A stretch of DNA of 63,892 nucleotides, counting the filler, from Octopus bimaculoides (Eukaryota), in the NCBI RefSeq assembly GCF_001194135.2. It is 10 parts of 10 records of this genome, joined end to end, with 100 filler letters (N's around TTAATTAATTAA, not from the genome) between each part and the next. Parts side by side here need not be neighbours in the genome. Positions count along the whole stretch, not along the records: positions 39,941 to 43,964 come from NW_026434719.1; positions 44,065 to 49,545 come from NW_026327745.1; positions 49,646 to 52,282 come from NC_069010.1; positions 52,383 to 58,129 come from NW_026422315.1; 6 more parts are not named here. One strand, written 5' to 3'. Below are positions 39,941 to 52,416 of this stretch, piece after piece. A program made the translations under genes and the position numbers. A model generated the notes under the pieces. The model was not told the DNA's origin. It saw nothing but the letters and a program-made list of their open reading frames with translations, and did no database searches. Every line of letters begins with the position of its first letter. The stretch's first letter is position 1.

Positions 39941-41120
39941 TCGTCTGTCAAAGAGTGAGTACATCTTTTTGGGACACCCTGTATTCTCAGAGTGGTTGGT
40001 GCTATGAAGGGCATCCAGCCATACAAACCATGCCAAGTCAGACTAGAGTCTGGTGTAGCACCTCAGCTTACCAGCCTTGGCCAAGCCGTTCCAACCCATG
40101 CCAGCATAGACAATGGATGTTAAATGACAATGATGATANNNNNNNNNNNNNNNNNNNNNNNNNNNNNNNNNNNNNNNNNNNNNNNTCCGTTTTCCATGCT
40201 GGTATAGGATGGACAGTTTGACAGGAGCTGACTAGCAGAAGGGTTGTTCAGGTTCCAGTTGTCTGTTTTGACATGGTTTCTATGGCTGGGTGCCCTTCCT
40301 AACGCCAACCACTTTACGGAGTGTACTGGGTGCTTTTACACAGTATCAGCATGGGTGCTTTCTACGTGGCACCAGCGCTTATGAGCCTGCAAGATTAGGG
40401 ATGCTGGTGGTGGTGTCACATAAAAAGCAACCACACTGTAAAGTGGTTGGCATTTGGAAGGGCATCTAGCTCTTTAAAAACAATGTCAAAATTGACCTCA
40501 CCTTTGTTTGTGCCATGTGAAAAGTACTCCACTGTGTGGGGTGGCTGGTGTTAGGAAGGGCATCCTTGCCAAAACAGATAGCAAAGCATGGTGCAGTCTT
40601 CTGCCTTGTCAGTTCCTGTNNNNNNNNNNTGTCAAACTGTCCAACCCATGCCAGCATGGAAAGCAGACATTACATGATGGTGATGATGATGATATCATTG
40701 AAATCTTGAAGCTACAATATAAGCCATAATTAATTCAAGACAATGTGAATCATCACCATCATCGTTTAACATCTGCTTTCCATACTGGCATGGGTTGGAT
40801 GGTTTGCTATGGAGCTGGCTATCAGGGAGCTCTCCAGACCCCCAGCTGTCTGTTGTGGAATGGTTTCTACAGCTGGATGCCCTTCTTCATGCCAATTACT
40901 TAACAGAGTGTGCTGGGTGCTTTGTATATGCCACCAGCATGGGTGTGTTAATGCAGCACCGACATGTGTGCATTTACACAATGCAGCCCTGACATGGATG
41001 TGTTTACACAGTACCAGCAGAGATGCTTTTATGCGATACCGCACTGGCTTGGGTGTGCTTATGCTGCACCGGTATGGACGCATTTATGCAGTACCGGCAT
41101 GGGTGCTTTCTAATAAAGAA
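39941..41120. mobile_element. Pile of retroposon fragments (family D) in both orientations
   Basis: Recurrent aagggcatccagcc, ccaacccatgccagcat and (GAT)n tails at about 39990-40137 (+), 40187-40500 (-), 40530-40695 (+) and 40750-41110 (-). Confidence 0.75.
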
Positions 41121-41260
41121 GCATCACAGGTGACTGAGTAACTTGTTTACTAAAAGGATTGAAATATTCTTTATTGGTGTTTAGAATGTGTTTAGAATTT
41201 CTTTGTCATAGAACTGAGTCTCTGACATTATTGGTTAACCTCTTGGTACTCTCATTGTAG

Positions 41261-41389
41261 TATTACCGATCTGAAAGAATCAACCACACTGTCTATTATT
41301 GGTGCCTTACTCACAGAGAGTGAATCTTCTCCCTTCTATCAATCATTAATCGAAGCCAATTTAGGTTCTGACTATTCTCCCGGCACTGG
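41261..41389 (+). CDS. PITRM1: Presequence protease (pitrilysin metallopeptidase 1, M16C), internal exon
   Basis: Translates as (x)ITDLKESTTLSIIGALLTESESSPFYQSLIEANLGSDYSPGT(G), matching recalled human PITRM1 [43 protein letters not shown]. Acceptor ctcattgtag/T; donor GG/gtaagt (phase 2 to phase 2). Confidence 0.92.
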
Positions 41390-42219
41390 GTAAGTATCTA
41401 TTCTGTTTTGTTTTATTGAGATGTGTTTGTATAGGGTTATATGTGTGTGTGTATATAGCATATATCCGTATCTTTGGATGTTTAGTTTCATGGAGGTGGT
41501 GACAAGTGATTACAAAACACTTCATTTCACGTTGCTCCAGTCCACTCAGCTGGCAAAAAGNNNNNNNNNNNNNNNNNNNNNNNNNNNNNNNNNNNNNNNN
41601 NNNNNNNNNNNNNNNNNNNNNNNNNNNNNNNNNNNNNNNNNNNNNNNNNNNNNNNNNNNNNNNNNNNNNNNNNNNNNNNNNNNNNNNNNNNNNNNNNNNN
41701 NNNNNNNNNNNNNNNNNNNNNNNNNNNNNNNNNNNNNNNNNNNNNNNNNNNNNNNNNNNNNNNNNNNNNNNNNNNNNNNNNNNNNNNNNNNNNNNNNNNN
41801 NNNNNNNNNNNNNNNNNNNNNNNNNNNNNNNNNNNNNNNNNNNNNNTTATTAATTACCTCTCCATTTTCTCCTTATTCTTTAAATATATAAATATAGGAA
41901 CCACGTTTTATATGGTTACCTCATTGTTGAACTTTCTCTAGATTGGTAAGTAACCAGTATTTTCATTGGGTCTATGATCCCTTAATGAGGTTTATTACCT
42001 TTACTTGATTATATGTATGTATATATGTATGTATGTATGTATGNNNNNNNNNNNNNNNNNNNNNNNNNNNNNNNNNNNNNNNNNNNNNNNNNNNNNNNNN
42101 NNNNNNNNNNNNNNNNNNNNNNNNNNNNNNNNNNNNNNNNTATATATATATATATATATATATATATTGATGATAAAATACCTGTATGTCCTCTCTCTCA
42201 TCTTTCTGCCTCTTTACAG

Positions 42220-42333
42220 GTATCAGGGTAACACATTGGACAGTTCATTCTCTGTTGGTCTTCAAGGAATCAGTGAAATTGACATTGAACGCGTCACAAA
42301 TATCATCGAAGAGACTCTGGNNNNNNNNNNNNN
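42220..42333 (+). CDS. PITRM1: PITRM1 next internal exon (last 13 nt are N)
   Basis: Translates as (G)YQGNTLDSSFSVGLQGISEIDIERVTNIIEETL, matching recalled human YNGYTREAYFSVGLQGIAEKDIETVRSLIDRTI. The acceptor tctttacag/G completes the phase-2 Gly codon, and gtgagt follows the N13 gap. Confidence 0.92.
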
Positions 42334-45105
42334 GTGAGTTTCACACCTGTCTGATTTTCTTAGCCATCCCGATCATCATGATCATCATGATCATCACCAT
42401 CATCATTGTTATCACTAACACCATCACCATGTTGAATAAAATCATGATTAATTGATCCTCCTGTATTTTGTTTTACCCAAAGCCAGAAACTTTTCAGCAC
42501 CCCACCTGTCTATAGATAGATGGATAGATANNNNNNNNNNNNNNNNNNNNNNNNNNNNNNNNNNNNNNNNNNNNNNNNNNNNNNNNNNNNNNNNNNNNNN
42601 NNNNNNNNNNNNNNNNNNNNNNNNNNNNNNNNNNNNNNNNNNNNNNNNNNNNNNNNNNNNNNNNNNNNNNNNNNNNNNNNNNNNNNNNNNNNNNNNNNNN
42701 NNNNNNNNNNNNNNNNNNNNNNNNNNNNNNNNNNNNNNNNNNNNNNNNNNNNNNNNNNNNNNNNNNNNNNNNNNNNNNNNNNNNNNNNNNNNNNNNNNNN
42801 NNNNNNNNNNNNNNNNNNNNNNNNNNNNNNNNNNNNNNNNNNNNNNNNNNNNNNNNNNNNNNNNNNNNNNNNNNNNNNNNNNNNNNNNNNNNNNNNNNNN
42901 NNNNNNNNNNNNNNNNNNNNNNNNNNNNNNNNNNNNNNNNNNNNNNNNNNNNNNNNNNNNNNNNNNNNNNNNNNNNNNNNNNNNNNNNNNNNNNNNNNNN
43001 NNNNNNNNNNNNNNNNNNNNNNNNNNNNNNNNNNNNNNNNNNNNNNNNNNNNNNNNNNNNNNNNNNNNNNNNNNNNNNNNNNNNNNNNNNNNNNNNNNNN
43101 NNNNNNNNNNNNNNNNNNNNNNNNNNNNNNNNNNNNNNNNNNNNNNNNNNNNNNNNNNNNNNNNNNNNNNNNNNNNNNNNNNNNNNNNNNNNNNNNNNNN
43201 NNNNNNNNNNNNNNNNNNNNNNNNNNNNNNNNNNNNNNNNNNNNNNNNNNNNNNNNNNNNNNNNNNNNNNNNNNNNNNNNNNNNNNNNNNNNNNNNNNNN
43301 NNNNNNNNNNNNNNNNNNNNNNNNNNNNNNNNNNNNNNNNNNNNNNNNNNNNNNNNNNNNNNNNNNNNNNNNNNNNNNNNNNNNNNNNNNNNNNNNNNNN
43401 NNNCATGGCCACAGTCAAATGACTGAAACAAGTAAAAGAGAGTAAAAGAGTACGAATTCATATTTCAACAAAATGACATCTAGAGTTATTTCTCCTGCTT
43501 ATTGTTTATGCATATGTAACACGGAAAAGACAAAAAACNNNNNNNNNNTTGATTCATCCGTCCACCAGTTTGGAAGATAATCAAACCAAAATTTAATGAG
43601 TTCAAGCTACTCACTCAATGAATATTTCTGCCGAATTTGGTGAAAATCTGTTTAGCTATTTTCCGGTAATTTTGCAAACACACTGTCAAGCAGATGAAGT
43701 CAAGCGACTACAATAACTCTATTTCGCTTATGTGTGCAGGGTTAATAAAACATTGTTATTATTATATTCGTTACGAGTGACAGAAACGATATTAGTTCAA
43801 AATAGCAACCTGTATATCATTCTTAAAGCAGATATATTATTGAAAGCCTGTTAAGCTGCAGTATTTGTTTCAAGAAAGCATCTCTTATAAACGTATAGTG
43901 TAACACACTATGTCTATAAGAGATACTTTCTCAAGACTAAAACTACTGTTTAACAGGCTTTCTANNNNNNNNNNNNNNNNNNNNNNNNNNNNNNNNNNNN
44001 NNNNNNNNTTAATTAATTAANNNNNNNNNNNNNNNNNNNNNNNNNNNNNNNNNNNNNNNNNNNNATATACAGATATATATTTATAAAGCTAATTATGTGT
44101 GTATGTGTGTGTAACGTGTGTGTACTTCTGTGTATGTGTTTGTATGTGTGTGTGTGTGTGTTTGTATATGTGTGTGTGTGTGTGTGTGCGTGTGCGTGTG
44201 TGCGTGTGCGTGTGTGTGTGTGTGTGTGTTGTTTCCTGCATGAATGCAAAGCATGCAATGCATGCCTAAGTTATATAAATGAATGTAAATAGGAGATCCT
44301 TTTTCACTATGAATGTTTCATTTTTATGAGAGACAGCTGGAAAGGCGATGAGGGACATGCCGTCTTTGCCTCTCACTGCCTCAATTATATGGCTTTGAGT
44401 TTGGAAACTGCATGCTCTGGTTTAACTACCTACAGTCGAGGGAGACAGACTGACAGAGTAACAGAGCGAGGGAGACAGACTGACAGACAGATGGACAGAG
44501 GGTGAGACAGATAATTAGACAGAGAAAGACATTTAGATAAATATATATACGCATACATTATATATATGTATGTACTTATCAATGTTTCTCTGTATCTTCA
44601 TCCCTCTCTCTCTCTCTCTCTCTCTCNNNNNNNNNNNNNNNNNNNNNNNNNNNNNNNNNNNNNNNNNNNNNNNNNNNNNNNNNNNNNNNNNNNNNNNNNN
44701 NNNNNNNNNNNNNNNNNNNNNNNNNNNNNNNNNNNNNNNNNNNNNNNNNNNNNNNNNNNNNNNNNNNNNNNNNNNNNNNNNNNNNNNNNNNNNNNNNNNN
44801 NNNNNNNNNNNNNNNNNNNNNNNNNNNNNNNNNNNNNNNNNNNNNNNNNNNNNNNNNNNNNNNNNNNNNNNNNNNNNNNNNNNNNNNNNNNNNNNNNNNN
44901 NNNNNNNNNNNNNNNNNNNNNNNNNNNNNNNNNNNNNNNNNNNNNNNNNNNNNNNNNNNNNNNNNNNNNNNNNNNNNNNNNNNNNNNNNNNNNNNNNNNN
45001 NNNNNNNNNNNNNNNNNNNNNNNNNNNNNNNNNNNNNNNNNNNNNNNNNNNNNNNNNNNNNNNNNNNNNNNNNNNNNNNNNNNNNNNNNNNNNNNNNNNN
45101 NNNNN

Positions 45106-45145
<40 letters not shown>

Positions 45146-45749
45146 TATATTATATATTATATATTATATATTATATATATATTACATATATGTATGTATA
45201 TGCGGATGCATGAGCAAGGCAAATCCTTAGTAATTAGTTAAATTAGACATGTAGTACATGCGTGCGCACGCATACAAAACTTGCACGCACACATACACAC
45301 ACACGCATATGTATGTATATACATACACACGTGAACGCATTTCCGTGTTTGTAAGACGATAGATAAATAATTAGAAGGGAGATTATCTACAAGGATCACA
45401 CACATAGTAAATACATATTGTCACCAAGCAGGACGTCTACTATACATAGATATACATACATAGAAAGAAAGAAACAAAAAAACAAAGAAAGAATGAATGA
45501 AAGAAAGGTGGTGGGATGCGATGGGAGAGGTGGAGTAAGAATTGGAAGATAATTGCTGGTGTTAATGAGACAAATAGAGAAAGGTAGCGATGTCTGCTGT
45601 AAACGACTTCCATCCTACCTGGTTTTTATGCCACACTGTCAGTCCAGGTCGTTTTTTATTGAAGGTGTAATTGGATGTGCAATCAAGCGAAAACAGTGCT
45701 TACAAACAACTCGCCCACCCTTCCATCTCACCTTCTTACCCTTCTCACC

Positions 45750-46916
45750 TTTTTTACCTACCTACCTACCTACCTACTTACCTTCTTACCTGCCTAAATT
45801 ACTTACCTACTTACCTGCACCCTTACCTCCTTTCCTACCTAACTGCAGTTCTTACCTCTTTTACATTTTACTTAAATTAGTTTGCTACTTACATACCTAC
45901 CTACCTACCTACCTATTTTTCTTACCTGCTTACCTTTCATCTTACATTGTTACTTACCTTCTTATCTATCTGCTGTTCTTACCTTTTTACCCACCTGCCT
46001 AAATTACTTTTCTACATAGATACCTACCAACTAAAGTATTAATCTACCCATCTTCTTATTTACTCACTCAGCTTATATTTCCTCCTGCCGACCATTCTAC
46101 CGACCCACCTTCCTTCCTACCTACCTACCTACCTACCTGCCCACCTATTTATCTACATACATCAGAGCCACCGACTTACAAACATACAAACTTACAAACG
46201 CTTACAAACTTTCTAGTTACCTACCTACCTCCTTCCCTACATACATGCATGCATACATACATAAATACATGCATACATGCATGCATACATACATATGCAT
46301 GCATCCATACATACATACATGCATACATACATGCATACATACATGCATACATACATACATACATAATGTACATACATGCATGCATACATAATACATACAT
46401 ACATACATACATTTATACATACCTCCATTCTTACCAACCTAGCTAAGTTACCTTTCTGCGTTCATACCTACCTACTAAATTATCTGTCGATCCACCTACC
46501 TGTTTGCCTTATATTTGTACTTATCTATCTTCCCAACTCTCTACGTATCTACCTTTCTAATCTATATACCTATCCTCCTACCTATTTACCTACCTGCCTA
46601 TCTACCAACCTACCTACTATATTCCTATCAACCTCCATATCTACCTATCTAGCTACTTATCTATCGATAACAATCTACCTACCTACCTACGTATCTCTCT
46701 ACCTCTCTTCTTACCTACCTGTTACTTACCTATCTAAATTACTTTTCTACCAACATATCACATCAACAATCTACATACCTGACCATCTACCGACTTACTC
46801 AATTTACATTTCTACCTCCCAATTTATCAACCTGTCTACCAAATTATTCGCCTACTAACTTATCTACCAATCCGATCAACTTACACACTTTATCCAGCTA
46901 CCAACTTGTCTACCTA
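45750..46916. repeat. Degenerate (CCTA)n/(CATA)n/(CATG)n tetranucleotide low-complexity field
   Basis: Seen directly; continues at 47660-47850 on the far side of the hammerhead array. Confidence 0.9.
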
Positions 46917-47657
46917 GAATGATGTGGACGCCTCTGATGAGAACCTAATTAGGTTCGAAAATCGATTAAGGTTGTTCATCATTTTTACAGTCTGCAGAGA
47001 AATGGTTAAAAATTTGCCCTCTTTATAATTATACCATATGTTACATATATATTATATCTCATACCTTGATACTGTGTGGACTGAGACCTCCGTTGACAAG
47101 TTGCTGGTATTTATAGAGTGCTAAACATTTTCGGTATGCAAATTAAGAACTCCTTCATAGAATAACTGCTGCATTTGTTGTGTATATTAACAGTCTGGCT
47201 ACGTGTTTCTTTATTTATTGATTGTCAAAATGATGTGGACGCTTCTGATGAAAACCCGATAAGGTTCGATAATGTATGAAAGTTTTTCATAATTTTTTTT
47301 TTCTCATAGTCTTCGGAAAAATGGCTAAAATTTGCCCTGTTTATAATTATACCATATGTTACATATTTATTATACCATACATTGATACCGTGTGGACTAA
47401 GATACCCATTGACAGGCTGCTGGTATTTATAGAGTGCTAAACACTTTCGGTATGCAAATTAGGGACTCCTTCATAGAGTAACTGCTGCATTTGTTGAGTA
47501 TATAAACAGTTTGGCTACTTGTTTTCCTAGAGACTGTCAGAATGATTTGGACGCCTCTGATGAGAACTCAATAAGGTTCGAAATTCGATTAAATTTTTTT
47601 TTAAAAAGGGATAAAATTTGCTCTGTTTATCATTATACCATATGCTACATATATACC
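46917..47657 (+). repeat. Tandem array of about 311-bp units (about 2.4 copies), each with a hammerhead motif; retrozyme-like
   Basis: CTGATGA cores at 46934, 47245 and 47557 (periods 311 and 312). Units 1 and 2 align along their length (ttgccct.tttataattataccatatgttacatat...gctggtatttatagagtgctaaaca.tttcggtatgcaaatta). Confidence 0.92.
46919..46982 (+). ncRNA. Type I hammerhead ribozyme (complete minimal fold)
   Basis: Stem I 5' atgatgtggacgcct; core CTGATGA; stem II gaacct-aatt-aggttc (perfect 6 bp with G10.1-C11.1); GAAA; short stem III a-TCGA-t; U16.1 and A17 (UUA triplet, predicted cut after 46968); stem I 3' aggttgttcatcat. AATCGATT is self-complementary. Confidence 0.85.
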
Positions 47658-47876
47658 TTCTGAGTTACCTGCCCACCTTCCAACCAACTTGCCAACCTTC
47701 GAGCTTACTTGCTCGCCGACTTACCAACCTGCCTACTAACTTACCTACCTACATTCCTACCAACTTAACTACCTGCTAACGTACCTTCCAATCGACTTGC
47801 CAATCTACATACCGACTTACCGACCTACCAATCATATTCCTACCTACCTGCATAAAGTTATCCTTTCTACTACAGG

Positions 47877-47951
47877 CACAAGGCCTGAAATTTTGGAGGA
47901 GGGGGTATTTATTTTATCGACCCCGAAAGGATGAAAGGTAAAGTCGACCTC
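47877..47951 (-). mobile_element. SINE family A fragment cut by a gap
   Basis: ttattttatcgaccccgaaaggatgaaaggtaaagtcgacctc. Confidence 0.8.
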
Positions 47952-48884
47952 NNNNNNNNNNNNNNNNNNNNNNNNNNNNNNNNNNNNNNNNNNNNNNNNN
48001 NNNNNNNNNNNNNNNNNNNNNNNNNNNNNNNNNNNNNNNNNNNNNNNNNNNNNNNNNNNNNNNNNNNNNNNNNNNNNNNNNNNNNNNNNNNNNNNNNNNN
48101 NNNNNNNNNNNNNNNNNNNNNNNNNNNNNNNNNNNNNNNNNNNNNNNNNNNNNNNNNNNNNNNNNNNNNNNNNNNNNNNNNNNNNNNNNNNNNNNNNNNN
48201 NNNNNNNNNNNNNNNNNNNNNNNNNNNNNNNNNNNNNNNNNNNNNNNNNNNNNNNNNNNNNNNNNNNNNNNNNNNNNNNNNNNNNNNNNNNNNNNNNNNN
48301 NNNNNNNNNNNNNNNNNNNNNNNNNNNNNNNNNNNNNNNNNNNNNNNNNNNNNNNNNNNNNNNNNNNNNNNNNNNNNNNNNNNNNNNNNNNNNNNNNNNN
48401 NNNNNNNNNNNNNNNNNNNNNNNNNNNNNNNNNNNNNNNNNNNNNNNNNNNNNNNNNNNNNNNNNNNNNNNNNNNNNNNNNNNNNNNNNNNNNNNNNNNN
48501 NNNNNNNNNNNNNNNNNNNNNNNNNNNNNNNNNNNNNNNNNNNNNNNNNNNNNNNNNNNNNNNNNNNNNNACAGGGAAGGGTGGAGGAAAGAAAAAAAAG
48601 ACGGAAGGGAGAGAAGAACTAGGGCGACAACAGATGAGGTGGGGGAGGTTAGAGTAAGCGGCAGGGGAGAGGCGAAAGTGGAGGGAGTGAGAAGAAGAGG
48701 AAGAAGAGAGAAGAGGGTGGAGGGGGATAAAAGATAGAGGGAGGGGTTAGAGAAAGAGAGGGAGGGGAGAGTGGGAGAGAGGAAAAAGAGAGGGTGGGCA
48801 ATGTTCAAATACTGCTAGCAGTTGCTCTTTAGCCCTAGGCCAGATCTAGTCGACCAGGCAGACTTATGATCAAAGGCGTTCCAA

Positions 48885-49528
48885 CTGTAACGAATTGAAG
48901 AAGGGCGCAGTCAGAATGCTTCTCAGAAACCCTGGATCAGCCAAGGTTGTGCAAAGGTACATGTATGGTTGTGACAGAACCACAGCCTTACATTATCGAA
49001 GCAAAAATCCTCACTAGATGTGGTAAGGGAGACATTGTATTTATACCTAGAGTACCACTAATACCAACAGATGTCCCCTTTCGTTTCAAACAATTGCATT
49101 TCCCAATAAGAGTCAGTTATGCCTTGACCATTAACAAGTCCCAAGATCAAACACTGCAGATTGTCGGTCTCCATCTAGAAGAGGGCTGTTTCTCACATGG
49201 TCAGTTGTACATAGATTGTTCCAGAGTAGGAATCCCACAGAAACTCTTCATAAATGCTCAAAGAAAAAAGTTGAAAACATTATATATACAGAAGTTCTGT
49301 AAATGTTTTATAATTTTCGAACAATAAATTTCTCTATTATTATTTATATTACTTTCTATGGTTAGATATTCTAAATAAATTCGTAAAATTATGTTATGCA
49401 ATATTTAAATAGTTTTTAACAATTTTTATTGTCAGAAAAATGGGCATCGCGGTAGGGGCCAATATGTGCCCTATGAATGCATTTCAACACTGTACTGACT
49501 GGGCTGAAGGCCGAGAGGCCTGCTTGTA
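48885..49528 (+). mobile_element. Helitron 3' end (Pif1-like helicase C-terminus plus 3' terminus)
   Basis: MLLRNLDQPRLCKGT...VFIPRVPLIPTDVPFRFKQLHFPIRVSYALTINKSQDQTLQIVGLHL..CFSHGQLYIDCSRVG (SF1B helicase motifs V and VI). Terminal hairpin ggcc-gaga-ggcc followed by a CTAGT-like cttgt at about 49523-49527. Confidence 0.9.
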
Positions 49529-49645
49529 TATATATATATATATATNNNNNNNNNNNNNNNNNNNNNNNNNNNNNNNNNNNNNNNNNNNNTTAATTAATTA
49601 ANNNNNNNNNNNNNNNNNNNNNNNNNNNNNNNNNNNNNNNNNNNN

Positions 49646-49676
<31 letters not shown>

Positions 49677-50237
49677 CTTTAGAGAGTCATTCTCTTTTAA
49701 TGCCTTACTATTTAACACACTCACCGGTAAAGTTTTCACACATTTACTTATTTTTCCAAAAGTTTTTGTTACGTCTTGCAACCTGTTCAATAGTCATTGA
49801 CTCTGTCCGTTATCCGATCTGCGTTCTTTATGTTTGTTTGCATATATCTGTGTGTGTCATTGTGTGTGCCCATACATATGTATGTACGTATGTATATATA
49901 TATATATGCATGCGTGTGTATGCGTGTATGTGTATATGTGTACGTATATATGTAAGTGTGCATGTCTGAATCTGTTTGTGTATGGGTTTTGTGACTATGT
50001 ACTGTGTCTATGTGCATGGATGAGCGCTATCATATGTGTCTTTGTGTAAAAGTGTGTGTATATATGGTCACGTGTTCAAGTCTTCATTTGCGTATGCATG
50101 TCTGTATGCATGCTTGTCAGTTCGTATTACCTATGTAACTATCCGTCTGTGTGTCTATCTACTTACCTACATACATATGCATATACATAAACGTATACAT
50201 ATATATACACACACATACATACATCTACATAACAACC

Positions 50238-50279
<42 letters not shown>

Positions 50280-50289
50280 NNNNNNNNNN

Positions 50290-50329
<40 letters not shown>

Positions 50330-50399
50330 TGTGGGTATGGGTATATGATTACCTACTATGTATATTTCCTATCTAGTAATATACATGTTTCATATATGA

Positions 50400-50656
50400 G
50401 GACGTATTTGTCATGGTGTTGGGTCCTTTGTTTGCCTTGACAAAATGCAGATGTAAAGTTAACCCCGTTTGCATCCATGTTGGTTCTTGGTATATTGTTA
50501 AAGTATAGAAGACTATTTTTTGTCGTCATATTGTCTCAAATGTTCATTTAGTCCTTCCGCAATGCTCCTAGATGTCTCTCCTATGTATGTCATGTTCTTG
50601 TCTTTACAAGCACCTTCTATGCACCTTATACTGTGGATAATGTAAGAGATAATGTT
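50400..50656 (-). mobile_element. GIY-YIG endonuclease remnant of a Penelope-like element
   Basis: Minus-strand translation NIISYIIHSIRCIEGACKDKNMTYIGETSRSIAEGLNEHLRQYDDKK*, then a decayed ...HG...ILSRQTKDPT segment. YIGETSRS..E..H is the GIY-YIG signature. Not in the ORF track. Confidence 0.8.
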
Positions 50657-51262
50657 GCCTGTCTCTCATTTACATATAGTAAACATTTTAACACTTTATA
50701 AAAGTTTGTTGAAAACACTCTGTATGTCGGCGTGTTTGGCAATGTGTGTGCGTATGCATCTCAGTAAGGTATTTCATTAGTGAGGGGATGATTTAAAACA
50801 CTGTGTAAAATACTTGCTTTACTAGTATAATTTAATATTAATAATAATGATTTTTCTTACACAAATATAGACACATCAACAAACACATAGACGCCCACAA
50901 AAAATGCAAAATACATAATCACATGAAATCACGCTCTCACGCATAAAATACCGAAAACACGTTAAAGAGAGAGGGAAAGAGAGACAAAGACATAGACATA
51001 CACAAGTAGGAATATGAAGATGTATAATCTCTAGTGATATTACGTTAATGAAATATTATTAAAAATATTGAACTCACAACATCCGTAAACTGGTAAGGCT
51101 GTGAAAGATTCCATGATCAATATTCTCGACCATATTAAGACTCAAATCTCTGTAACATACAACAAAGTATAAAGAAAATGGTAAACGAAAGTTTTCTTAG
51201 AAAATATTTAACATTTAGTTTTAAAATCAGATGAAAAACAGAATACAATGAAAGACAAAAGC

Positions 51263-51279
51263 CTAATGATGATGATTAC

Positions 51280-51351
<72 letters not shown>

Positions 51352-51467
51352 GGTGGTGTTGATGATGATGATGATGATAATGTTGATGATATGTGATATA
51401 GAAGCAGAAATTGATGGCAATATCAGACATGGTAAAGGAGTCATTCATAAAAGGTATAGAAAAAGAG

Positions 51468-51538
<71 letters not shown>

Positions 51539-51707
51539 TCAAGGTCGTTGTGAATTATTGGCGAAGAAGAAGAAGAAGAAGAAGAAGAAGAAGAAGAAGA
51601 AGAAGAAGAAGAAGAAGAAGAAGAAGAAGAAGAAGAAGAAGAAGAAGAAGAAGAAGAAGAAGAAGAAGAAGAAGAAGAAGAAGAAGAAGAAGAAGAAGAA
51701 GAAGAAG
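51263..51707. repeat. Compound trinucleotide microsatellite (GAT)n-(GGT)n-(AGT)n-(AAG)n
   Basis: Seen directly; it is the source of the poly-M/V/S/K/H ORFs. Confidence 0.95.
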
Positions 51708-52382
51708 CGGAAATCCCCTTTGAATGGATTGTTTATAATGTTAGCGTAGGTGTTATTCTGAACAGCAGTAGAAGTAATAAAGGTGGTGGAAAGGAAGATG
51801 ACGACCTAGAAAATGACGGAGAAGTAGAGGGTTGGGGAGAAGAAGAGAAAGAGTAATAATAGAATGCAGGATAGTGTGATAGTAACTAGTCGAGTGAGCA
51901 GTGATTAGGATTGTTTTTTTATATTTTTAAAAAATGTTTATACTTCCTTGAGTATCTCTTTGGAGTTTATTATTTTTAACATGTGCATGTGTATTATTCT
52001 AATGTCGTGGTGGATTTGCCATTTGTTGAAGATGCGTTCAGAAAGGGTCTGTATTTTGTGATAAAGAGACAAACATTATAAACAATACATTCAAAAGGGA
52101 TTTCTCAAGATTTCAAATCACTACTCCCGTCAACAGCAGGTCATTGTCACTTAACCAATCAATTAACACTCTGCTACTATCATAGCTCTTCTTCTTCTTC
52201 TTCTTCTTCTTCTTCTTCTTCTTCTTCTTCTTCTTCTTCTTCTTCTTCTTCTTCTTCTTCTTCTTCTTCTTCTTCTTCTTCTNNNNNNNNNNNNNNNNNN
52301 NNNNNNNNNNNNNNNNNNNNNNNNNNTTAATTAATTAANNNNNNNNNNNNNNNNNNNNNNNNNNNNNNNNNNNNNNNNNNNN

Positions 52383-52416
<34 letters not shown>

